Below, one piece after another: positions 7,270-13,758 of a DNA stretch of 20,000 bases. Within the stretch, counting starts at the first letter, position 1. Every line of letters begins with the position of its first letter. Source of the DNA: an uncultured virus (IMG/VR IMGVR_UViG_3300010370_000033) (taxonomy: Duplodnaviria > Heunggongvirae > Uroviricota > Caudoviricetes); IMG/VR virus record IMGVR_UViG_3300010370_000033, one strand, 5' to 3'. Under the pieces are notes generated by a model, which saw only the letters and a list, made by a program, of their open reading frames with translations, had not been told where the DNA came from and did no database searches. The translations under genes and the position numbers were made by a program.

Positions 7270-7297
7270 TAAGCAGTTTAATGTCTTGCTTAGGACA
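7270..7297 (-). promoter_or_regulatory. Candidate H-type RNA pseudoknot in intergenic leader
   Basis: UGUC-C-UAAGCA-A-GACA-UUAAAC-UGCUUA: S1 UGUC/GACA, S2 UAAGCA/UGCUUA. Confidence 0.6.
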
Positions 7298-7303
7298 AGA
7301 AAT

Positions 7304-7522
7304 TCAGAGATTGTTCTCTGCAATTCGGTTCATTACTTCTTTTGCATATTGAGTAAAATCTGATGGATAAACGTATCGTGTAATATCTTCTTTAAGAATT
7401 ACATCATCAAGAATATCACACTGATCGTAAGTGTCTACAATCAACTTACACGCATCATAAAGAGATGCAAGATGAGATTCCTTAGAATCAAATGAAATCG
7501 CAGAGTAGGATGGAAGAGTCAT
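7304..7522 (-). CDS. Hypothetical protein
   Basis: Start at ATG 7522 (TGATG overlap with upstream gene). Confidence 0.8.
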   Translation of the reverse strand: MTLPSYSAISFDSKESHLASLYDACKLIVDTYDQCDILDDVILKEDITRYVYPSDFTQYAKEVMNRIAENNL

Positions 7523-7770
7523 CAGAGTTGCTTGGCTTGAAAGGACATAAAAGGACCACAATTCAGAAAATATCCATTTGTCTCAAACTCATCAATCATC
7601 ATCCAGTCTTCGTGCTTTTGAATCAGAAAGAAAGCACCCTTTGTTTCAGAATCTTCTTTTACTGCGCTGAATGATTTTGTGGCTTCAGTGTAGTTTGAGA
7701 ATACTTGTGGCCGATTCCAGAATCCGTGCTCATTGTGTCCGAAAGAAATCACCCGATACCAAATGTTCAT
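7522..7770 (-). CDS. Hypothetical protein
   Basis: ORF track; operon packing. Confidence 0.8.
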   Translation of the reverse strand: MNIWYRVISFGHNEHGFWNRPQVFSNYTEATKSFSAVKEDSETKGAFFLIQKHEDWMMIDEFETNGYFLNCGPFMSFQAKQL

Positions 7771-7773
7771 TGT

Positions 7774-7974
7774 TCAAACCTCTTGATAATCAATAGAAAT
7801 AACACTCCAGCCCATCTTATCAGAAATCGTATCTACAAGTTCTTCTTCATCATTCACTTCCCAAATTGTATTCAGAACTTCATCGTAGATTTCATCTTGA
7901 GACTCAAGATCAAGACACTCTTCATACAGATCGTCAGTGAAATCAAACTGAATTTGATTGATCTTGAAGTTCAT
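7774..7974 (-). CDS. Very acidic small protein
   Basis: 20 D/E versus 2 K/R in 66 aa; follows module 8 leader. Confidence 0.85.
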   Translation of the reverse strand: MNFKINQIQFDFTDDLYEECLDLESQDEIYDEVLNTIWEVNDEEELVDTISDKMGWSVISIDYQEV

Positions 7975-7998
7975 TGGAGTTCTGTGGTGAACAAACGT

Positions 7999-8058
7999 AG
8001 TGTGACAGAGAATCGGGTGAGTTTCAAGCGATGTTGTGACAGTTACGAAACCGTCACA
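7999..8058 (-). promoter_or_regulatory. Early promoter module 8 (palindrome 8035-8058; TTGAAA/CACACT)
   Basis: TGTGACAGT-TACGAA-ACCGTCACA. Confidence 0.88.
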
Positions 8059-8200
8059 GCCACTCTTCTAAAAAGTATGAAAAAGTGATTCCATTTTCTC
8101 GGCAAAACTCTTCCAAATCATCAGGAAGTTCATCCATCAATTCAGAAGTAGAGAATCGTTCCCAGAGAAGATAAAATTGTTCTGTAGTCAGTTCTAACAT
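8054..8200 (-). CDS. Small acidic protein, 48 aa (...EEFCRENGITFSYFLEEWL)
   Basis: Manual translation; TGA supplied by the GTGAC half-site. Confidence 0.75.
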   Translation of the reverse strand: MLELTTEQFYLLWERFSTSELMDELPDDLEEFCRENGITFSYFLEEWL

Positions 8201-8466
8201 CAGACAAGTGCCTCAATTTGGTTCAGATAGGTCTCAACTTCTTCTTCGGTCAGATAACCAAGAACATAAGAAGTGATGGGAGTTTTGTAAGTCAATTCCC
8301 AATTATTCTCATTTCCTTCAATAACTGCAAGTTCAAAGAGACCATCACGACCACCATAAGAATAGCGATGACTTACAACACTTGCTCCAAAACCATTCTT
8401 AAAGAAAACGCGAGCACCGACACCATCGTTAATCTTGTTGGTGAATTGAAGATCGGAGAATTTCAT
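8200..8466 (-). CDS. Hypothetical phage protein (F.NG.GASV...YGG..GL.ELAV...TPIT..V.GYLT..EV)
   Basis: ORF after module 9; motif pattern familiar from phage hypotheticals. Confidence 0.88.
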   Translation of the reverse strand: MKFSDLQFTNKINDGVGARVFFKNGFGASVVSHRYSYGGRDGLFELAVIEGNENNWELTYKTPITSYVLGYLTEEEVETYLNQIEALV

Positions 8467-8489
8467 TTGGAATTGATGTGAACAAACGT

Positions 8490-8549
8490 AGTGTGACAGA
8501 GAATCGGGTGAGTTTCAATGGAGTCTGTGACACTCAGTCAACTGTCACA
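8490..8549 (-). promoter_or_regulatory. Early promoter module 9 (palindrome 8526-8549; TTGAAA/CACACT)
   Basis: TGTGACACT-CAGTCA-ACTGTCACA; 41 bp identical to module 8. Confidence 0.9.
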
Positions 8550-8677
8550 TTCTTAAGCTCACAGAACTCCATTAGAAAATAATCAATCAGAAGATTGAGT
8601 TCTTCTGCTTGTTTTGAGAACTCTTCAAACTGAGATTTGTAGAGACAAAAGTATTTTGTATTTACTGTTTCGTTCAT
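8534..8677 (-). CDS. Small protein, 47 aa (...AEELNLLIDYFLMEFCELKNVTVD)
   Basis: Manual translation; ATGA overlap; stop in palindrome 9. Confidence 0.75.
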   Translation of the reverse strand: MNETVNTKYFCLYKSQFEEFSKQAEELNLLIDYFLMEFCELKNVTVD

Positions 8678-8886
8678 TCTGCTTCTTTAAGAATTAGGTC
8701 AAAAATGGTCATGGACAATTCATATTTCAATTCTTCATCTAATTCCCCCATCAGATGTGAAAGGGCATCGGGAATCATTTCTTGAAGAAAATTCTCATAA
8801 CGACTATCTTGCCGAATGTAATCAATGACTTCAGAAGTCAGTGTGTCAGCAAGTTTTTGAAAGGTTGAATTGGAGAGTTTCGTCAT
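8674..8886 (-). CDS. Hypothetical helical protein
   Basis: ORF track; resembles the C-terminal part of 10406..10903. Confidence 0.8.
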   Translation of the reverse strand: MTKLSNSTFQKLADTLTSEVIDYIRQDSRYENFLQEMIPDALSHLMGELDEELKYELSMTIFDLILKEAE

Positions 8887-8889
8887 TGT

Positions 8890-9099
8890 TTATTCTAGGC
8901 AACCATATTCATTAAGAAAACCAGCACACCAGCCAGTTCCGTTGTAATGGCCAACATAAAATCGTCCAAGTCCAAATCCAAAAGTTTCGTCGCCACAATC
9001 CATTTCTGATGCCGGTGGAAATGGTTGACTGTTCCATCCAACATAAAAGAATCCGATGTGAACGTGACCGTAATTAGAAGTCAGAGAAAATGCTTTCAT
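8890..9099 (-). CDS. Gly/aromatic-rich hypothetical protein
   Basis: Start at ATG 9099 (MKAFSL). Confidence 0.75.
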   Translation of the reverse strand: MKAFSLTSNYGHVHIGFFYVGWNSQPFPPASEMDCGDETFGFGLGRFYVGHYNGTGWCAGFLNEYGCLE

Positions 9100-9100
9100 T

Positions 9101-9280
9101 TCAGGCAAAAACAGAAGTGATGAGATTATACTTACCTTGATAGTGTTCGTAGATATTCACAGTCGCTCCATTGAGTTCCACACTCCAATCAAGAGCACGT
9201 TCATAAGCAATTTCAAGATTCGTGAAAAATTCAGAATCATCCTTGACATAATCATCAGAAACCGGAAGAATTGCAAACAT
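9101..9280 (-). CDS. Hypothetical protein, 59 aa (MFAILPVSDD...ALDWSVELNG...SVFA)
   Basis: Manual translation; follows module 10 with GAGG RBS. Confidence 0.8.
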   Translation of the reverse strand: MFAILPVSDDYVKDDSEFFTNLEIAYERALDWSVELNGATVNIYEHYQGKYNLITSVFA

Positions 9281-9304
9281 TGAAGTGTCCTCTTGAACTC
9301 TCTT

Positions 9305-9364
9305 AGAATACGGCAGTTGAAGCGTGGTGTCTATGAGTCTTGTGACGGTTCGTCAACTGGCACA
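9305..9364 (-). promoter_or_regulatory. Early promoter module 10 (palindrome 9341-9364; TAGACA/TATTCT)
   Basis: TGTGACGGT-TCGTCA-ACTGGCACA. Confidence 0.88.
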
Positions 9365-9531
9365 GAGTAAAGAATCTCACACATTTTGGCGTGATATTCG
9401 TCTGCCTTTTGAACCGCAGCATAAGACAATTCTGGATTCTCTATGTCATACTGAGTCATTTCTAGTGAATGAATTACACAAAACAATAGATCGGTGAGTG
9501 CCTCAATTTTTTGTTCAGGAGTTCTCATCAA
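9331..9531 (-). CDS. Hypothetical protein
   Basis: ORF track; reads through palindrome 10 and stops in the -35 box. Confidence 0.8.
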   Translation of the reverse strand: MMRTPEQKIEALTDLLFCVIHSLEMTQYDIENPELSYAAVQKADEYHAKMCEILYSVPVDEPSQDS

Positions 9532-9713
9532 AAATGATCCTTTCTAAACCATTCTGCTTGATAAGTATCCATCCAATATAGAGTGGTAGTCAAATAAAAT
9601 AGTGCTCCTACAATAGCGGAAGGAAAGAACATAAAAAATCGCCAAAGAATGACATACCAAGGATTGTAATAAGGTCGTTCTTTGGTTTTAGGCCACTTGA
9701 GATTGATTTTCAT
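9528..9713 (-). CDS. Small membrane protein
   Basis: Hydrophobic segment; ATGA overlaps. Confidence 0.75.
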   Translation of the reverse strand: MKINLKWPKTKERPYYNPWYVILWRFFMFFPSAIVGALFYLTTTLYWMDTYQAEWFRKDHF

Positions 9714-9919
9714 TTGGTTTTCTCTTGTTGTTTGATTGTGTACTGAAAATAAAAATCCATACGCTTCTCAACAATCCACAGTTGAAATGAACTGTGAAGA
9801 AAAGTAAAACTGAGAATACCTATCAGAGCATCCAACAGTGTGGCATAAGGAATGAGAATCCGAAGAAGGAATATTCGAAGAGTAGGCTCAGAATACTTCC
9901 AGCGTTGAATGAGTGTCAT
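9710..9919 (-). CDS. Small membrane protein
   Basis: Long hydrophobic segment; ATGA overlap. Confidence 0.75.
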   Translation of the reverse strand: MTLIQRWKYSEPTLRIFLLRILIPYATLLDALIGILSFTFLHSSFQLWIVEKRMDFYFQYTIKQQEKTK

Positions 9920-9922
9920 GAG

Positions 9923-10066
9923 TCATTTGCCGAAAAATTTATCAAAATCATCATTTAGTTTTTTTCGGTCGTGATAGTATTCGGTATCATACTTATCAGT
10001 TGGGAACAATGATGAAATGAACATTATGACGAAAAGAGTAAAACAAATGGAGATTGCTCCAAGCAT
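9923..10066 (-). CDS. Small single-pass membrane protein, 47 aa
   Basis: Manual translation MLGAISICFTLFVIMFISSLFP... Confidence 0.6.
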   Translation of the reverse strand: MLGAISICFTLFVIMFISSLFPTDKYDTEYYHDRKKLNDDFDKFFGK

Positions 10067-10089
10067 GAGGATTCATTTGAACTGAATAT

Positions 10090-10149
10090 AATATAAGGCA
10101 TGAAACGGATGCTGTCTCATGCCCCTGTGCCAGTTCTCAATCGGGAACA
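10090..10149 (-). promoter_or_regulatory. Early promoter module 11 (palindrome 10126-10149, distal arm degenerate; GAGACA/TATATT)
   Basis: TGTGCCAGT-TCTCAA-TCGGGAACA; GGCATGA/TCATGCC stem. Confidence 0.8.
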
Positions 10150-10409
10150 ATCAAACAGTAACGACACTGAAATGAGAAAGAATCCTTATTATGTGTTCTT
10201 CGCTCACCATTCTCTTCCCATGAATAGTGAACATAATATTGATTGTTATGAATGGTAGGATAGCATACAACTTTATCCACAGTCACAATGTTATTGCTAC
10301 TGGAGATCCAGCGTGATCCTGCTTGAATGGATTGTCCAGGAAAGATGTGACCGACAATAAATGTATGTCCATTCGTGGAGCACTGTTTCTCAAGATTTTC
10401 GTAGTTCAT
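10137..10409 (-). CDS. Hypothetical protein
   Basis: ORF track; stop in palindrome 11. Confidence 0.85.
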   Translation of the reverse strand: MNYENLEKQCSTNGHTFIVGHIFPGQSIQAGSRWISSSNNIVTVDKVVCYPTIHNNQYYVHYSWEENGERRTHNKDSFSFQCRYCLIVPD

Positions 10410-10903
10410 TTACCTACAGAACGAAAAGTAAGAGAATCCATAAACATACAAGCAATCTCACCCTTCACTTCGGGTTTCATATCACCGAACTTATCGGTCA
10501 GAAACTCATCAAAGAGTTGATACATGACTTCGGCATACTTAGGATGAGATTCAACAAAAGGAATCAACTCAGGAATGAGGGATTTTGTGATGCCTTTCAG
10601 CGTTTCGCATTTCAGTGATTCAGTCATAGGTTCTGGGTTGCGTAGTTTGATTTTGATGATGTCAAATAGAGATCGTTGAAGACTAGTATTAAAATCGTGA
10701 ATACCACATTCAGTATAACTAAGGGAACATCCCGAAGAATGAGAAAAATAATATGGATATGTTGTATCATACTGTTTTTTAAGTGTAGTCACAAACTCTT
10801 CACCATTACGAAGAGTGATGTGAACTTCCTTGTCAACAAACTGTGAAAGATCAATAGTCATTTCAGTACGCAGAACGGATTTGGCAGTGATGGAAAGGGA
10901 CAT
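10406..10903 (-). CDS. Hypothetical two-part protein
   Basis: Start moved to ATG 10903 after module 12. Confidence 0.8.
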   Translation of the reverse strand: MSLSITAKSVLRTEMTIDLSQFVDKEVHITLRNGEEFVTTLKKQYDTTYPYYFSHSSGCSLSYTECGIHDFNTSLQRSLFDIIKIKLRNPEPMTESLKCETLKGITKSLIPELIPFVESHPKYAEVMYQLFDEFLTDKFGDMKPEVKGEIACMFMDSLTFRSVGK

Positions 10904-10925
10904 GGGAAACCTCAACAACAATAGT

Positions 10926-10985
10926 AGTATAGGGCATGAAGTGGGTGCTGTCTCATGCCCTTGTGACAGTACCTCAAGTGGACTC
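10926..10985 (-). promoter_or_regulatory. Early promoter module 12 (palindrome 10962-10985; GAGACA/TATACT)
   Basis: TGTGACAGT-ACCTCA-AGTGGACTC; 9-bp stem 10931-10961. Confidence 0.88.
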
Positions 10986-11337
10986 AATCATAAGGATTAT
11001 ATTCAAGGTTTAGTTTGTTACAGATGTTATATTTTGCTTCATCCATTTGAATTCCAATAGATTGAGTGAGGTCTTCAAAAATAGATTTAACATCATGGAA
11101 CTTTTCTTTAAAAAGTTCTTCAGCACGACGCTCAACACTCTCATCAAGTTTATTATGCCAATTCATAAAAACTCGCTCAACTGGAAGTTCAACTCCATTG
11201 ATAGTCAGAGTTACATCGTATTCTTCTAGATTAGGAACTTCCACACCTTCATTCATTACCACAGAAATGGCAGAAAGTAGAAAATGTCCAAAAACATCGC
11301 CGTTGAGGGAAACAATGCGATTGCGAGAAAGTTTCAT
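10984..11337 (-). CDS. Hypothetical protein
   Basis: Single-gene cassette between modules 13 and 12. Confidence 0.85.
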   Translation of the reverse strand: MKLSRNRIVSLNGDVFGHFLLSAISVVMNEGVEVPNLEEYDVTLTINGVELPVERVFMNWHNKLDESVERRAEELFKEKFHDVKSIFEDLTQSIGIQMDEAKYNICNKLNLEYNPYD

Positions 11338-11363
11338 TGATGTAAAGGGCGTTCAACAGAGGT

Positions 11364-11423
11364 AGTATAGGGCATGAAGTGGGTGCTGTCTCATGCCATT
11401 GTGCCACTTCAGAAACCGAACAT
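11364..11423 (-). promoter_or_regulatory. Early promoter module 13 (palindrome 11400-11423, distal arm degenerate; GAGACA/TATACT)
   Basis: TGTGCCACT-TCAGAA-ACCGAACAT; 36 bp identical to module 12. Confidence 0.85.
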
Positions 11424-11684
11424 TTGTTTCGTAAAATCCCGAAACACTTCCCACATACTCATTTTCTTTTCGGGTGGTTTTTCTTCTGCTTTCTTCCAAC
11501 CAATCGCATCAGGACCACACTTTCCATCTGGTTCTCGGAGTTTCTTACATTCTTCTCTCCATTCAGTAACCTCACCTTTCACATAATCAATTCTTTCATA
11601 TGTGAATTTGTCGCACCAGACATAAACCATACCATCTGGATTGTGGCAGTGAGCACAAGTGATGCAGGATTTGATTTCAGTCAT
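11409..11684 (-). CDS. Cys-rich, putative zinc-binding protein
   Basis: CxxCxHC...C...C..LR...KCGP.A..W. Confidence 0.8.
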   Translation of the reverse strand: MTEIKSCITCAHCHNPDGMVYVWCDKFTYERIDYVKGEVTEWREECKKLREPDGKCGPDAIGWKKAEEKPPEKKMSMWEVFRDFTKQMFGF

Positions 11685-12024
11685 TTTTGTTCAGAAGATT
11701 TACAATTTCCTCAAAAGTAATCTTAAGAAGAATTTCATTCTTTTGTTCATTAGTGAGATACTCAATCAATTTCTCTTTATTTGACTCATCTTGAAGCCTA
11801 AGAATCTCATTACAAGTCAGTCCATTTCCATTGATGGGAATAGCACCACACCAATCGCCCAATTCCTCTACAGAAGTTATTTCGGCATTAACTGTAACTG
11901 CGGGATCTACTAGATTGTAGATTGCATCATCATACTCTTCCGCTTGAAAATAAGCATCATCAAAATCTTTAGCTGCAACTACAACATTATACATCACTGT
12001 AACATTAAAAAGTTTTTGAGTCAT
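11677..12024 (-). CDS. Hypothetical protein (likely paralog of 2684..3088)
   Basis: Start at ATG 12024; KLFNVT...VVVAAKDFDDA...LTCNE. Confidence 0.8.
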   Translation of the reverse strand: MTQKLFNVTVMYNVVVAAKDFDDAYFQAEEYDDAIYNLVDPAVTVNAEITSVEELGDWCGAIPINGNGLTCNEILRLQDESNKEKLIEYLTNEQKNEILLKITFEEIVNLLNKND

Positions 12025-12046
12025 AATGAATTGAATGAACAAATAA

Positions 12047-12105
12047 AGATTAACACGACACTAGAGGTGAGTCTAATGTCGTATGACAGTGAATCAAATG
12101 GACCA
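12047..12105 (-). promoter_or_regulatory. Early promoter module 14 (palindrome 12082-12105; TAGACT/TAATCT)
   Basis: TATGACAGT-GAATCA-AATGGACCA; ACGACA/TGTCGT stem. Confidence 0.8.
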
Positions 12106-12378
12106 AGTTCCGTTTTGAATCCTGATCTTGCGAATTTCCTCAAAAATAAACTTTTTGAGTTTAGAGTCTGTAGTCTTATTATAGGCATCAATCATCCGAC
12201 TCAGATATTCTTGTTGTGTCGGAAGATTTCCTACAGAACCTTTTGTTTCACCTAGAGTCTGAAGAGAAGAACCTGATTTTGATTTTGGAACTCCAAAATT
12301 TCCAGTGATGTTTCCTTTTGTTCTGAAAGAAGTTTTAATCTTAGAGAGATTAGTTGTGGCGAATTCAGGAGGAGTCAT
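12094..12378 (-). CDS. Hypothetical basic protein
   Basis: ORF track; stop in palindrome 14. Confidence 0.85.
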   Translation of the reverse strand: MTPPEFATTNLSKIKTSFRTKGNITGNFGVPKSKSGSSLQTLGETKGSVGNLPTQQEYLSRMIDAYNKTTDSKLKKFIFEEIRKIRIQNGTWSI

Positions 12379-12384
12379 TTCAGT

Positions 12385-12591
12385 TCAATTCATTGCGAGA
12401 ACAAGATTTGCAACCCTTTCTTCGGGAATCATTTCCTTCAGTTTTTCAGATACTTTCTCAAACTGATATGCAATTTTGAAGTAGTAATCTGCGAGATGAA
12501 AATCTTGAGAATCAAATGCAGCATTACCTTTTGAAGTGAGAGCGGAAACTACGTCCATCACTTCACCAGAAGTCAATGAAATTTGAGTCAT
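12385..12591 (-). CDS. Hypothetical protein
   Basis: Start at ATG 12591 (MTQISL). Confidence 0.8.
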   Translation of the reverse strand: MTQISLTSGEVMDVVSALTSKGNAAFDSQDFHLADYYFKIAYQFEKVSEKLKEMIPEERVANLVLAMN

Positions 12592-12613
12592 AAGAATTGG
12601 AATCAACGAAGTC

Positions 12614-12673
12614 AGTGTAGAGCAAACGAGAAGTCTATGGGGAAGTCAGTAGGCCAGTTTTTCGTGTGTCACA
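12614..12673 (-). promoter_or_regulatory. Early promoter module 15 (palindrome 12650-12673; -10 TACACT, no clear -35)
   Basis: TAGGCCAGT-TTTTCG-TGTGTCACA, 30 bp from the -10. Confidence 0.7.
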
Positions 12674-12798
12674 TATGAGTCCCATTGAAAATCATCGGGA
12701 AGTTTTCCTGTTGCAGCAGCAAGACAAGTCGCAATCACTTCCATTTCTTCTCCAGTCTCTTCGTTGAGAAAGATGAAAGACTTAGGAGTCATTTTCAT
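12646..12798 (-). CDS. Small hypothetical protein, 50 aa
   Basis: Manual translation MKMTPKSFIFLNEETGEEMEV...YVTHEKLAY. Confidence 0.7.
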   Translation of the reverse strand: MKMTPKSFIFLNEETGEEMEVIATCLAAATGKLPDDFQWDSYVTHEKLAY

Positions 12799-12914
12799 TT
12801 GAATTTCCTCTTGATGCAGTTCAGAGATTGTTTGCGAGACTTAAGTTTGTTTTTACACAAGCCTTTAGTCTTTTTTTGTTTTCCTGAGTTTTTTTGCCAA
12901 TTTGGTAAGTTCAC
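12795..12914 (-). CDS. Small very basic protein, 39 aa (MNLPNWQKNSGKQKK...)
   Basis: GTG start with GAGG RBS after module 16; ATGA overlap. Confidence 0.7.
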   Translation of the reverse strand: MNLPNWQKNSGKQKKTKGLCKNKLKSRKQSLNCIKRKFK

Positions 12915-12940
12915 TTGAACCTCGTTTGCTCCACTTCCAT

Positions 12941-13000
12941 ACTATTACATAGGAGAGATAGAGGTTCAAGAGGTCTTGTGCCAATTTCTCAAGTGTCTTA
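12941..13000 (-). promoter_or_regulatory. Early promoter module 16 (palindrome 12977-13000; TTGAAC, atypical -10)
   Basis: TGTGCCAAT-TTCTCA-AGTGTCTTA. Confidence 0.8.
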
Positions 13001-13459
13001 TGTATTCCGAATCGCTGGAGTTTCGCAATTATCAAGTGCCCAACGCATCCAGAAGTCCAACCACATCAGACGAGCAAGATGTGGATCGTGTGTAATTTCA
13101 TCAACACTATCGCTCCAATTACCAAAACCAGGAGGTTTCGTTGCAGTCTTACGATATTCTTCAAGAGCATTGTGAACTGTTGCATATTGTTCTTCAGTAA
13201 TCATTACCGTTCCAGGATGTTGACTGATAAGACCCTCATATTTGTGATAGAACAAATTAACAAGACCAGTTGTTTCACAAAAATCAGACCACCCAGTATA
13301 ACTTGGATGACGACCATTTGAGTTTCCAGTCATCTGATCGCAAGGAAATGTGGGCGCATCATCACTGGTAGCACTTTCCACAATCCAGCAGGCATAAAGT
13401 TCATCATCATCTTTACTGAAGAAAGGAATTGCGTTTCCGATTTTGATTGAATAGCCCAT
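12998..13459 (-). CDS. Hypothetical protein, 153 aa
   Basis: Single-gene cassette flanked by identical 22-bp sites. Confidence 0.9.
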   Translation of the reverse strand: MGYSIKIGNAIPFFSKDDDELYACWIVESATSDDAPTFPCDQMTGNSNGRHPSYTGWSDFCETTGLVNLFYHKYEGLISQHPGTVMITEEQYATVHNALEEYRKTATKPPGFGNWSDSVDEITHDPHLARLMWLDFWMRWALDNCETPAIRNT

Positions 13460-13483
13460 TTTGGTGTGCTTGATTGCTTTGTT

Positions 13484-13543
13484 ATTGTACTACAAGGACT
13501 TCAAGTCTTCTCGTGTTTTTGTGCCAATTTCTCAAGTGTCACA
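13484..13543 (-). promoter_or_regulatory. Early promoter module 17 (palindrome 13520-13543; -10 TACAAT)
   Basis: TGTGCCAAT-TTCTCA-AGTGTCACA. Confidence 0.85.
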
Positions 13544-13718
13544 TCTCAGGTAATTTAGCTTTTGATCTTGTTTTTTTGTGTTCCGCAATATACTTTCGCG
13601 CAGAGGTTTCGGTTCTACAGACTTTCTCTAATTGCCCGCCTTGATGAATAATGACATATCCCTTTTTACCGTACGGAACCGCGCAATATTCTCCTTTATT
13701 TACCAAAAATCCTTCCAT
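13539..13718 (-). CDS. Hypothetical basic protein, 59 aa (MEGFLVNKGEYCAVPYGKKGYVIIHQG...)
   Basis: Manual translation; TGA in the GTGAC half-site. Confidence 0.8.
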   Translation of the reverse strand: MEGFLVNKGEYCAVPYGKKGYVIIHQGGQLEKVCRTETSARKYIAEHKKTRSKAKLPEM

Positions 13719-13719
13719 A

Positions 13720-13755
13720 AGAGTGTGCTAAGAAAGAGGTATCTTAGCACACTCT
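13720..13755. repeat. Perfect 14-bp inverted repeat
   Basis: AGAGTGTGCTAAGA-N8-TCTTAGCACACTCT. Confidence 0.9.
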
Positions 13756-13758
13756 GGC

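Noticed and set aside
3841..10987. Long N-terminal extensions in the track (starts at 3879, 4322, 4888, 6598, 7561, 10987)
   Set aside because: They run through promoter modules or upstream genes; downstream ATGs fit the conserved leader spacing or paralog alignment.
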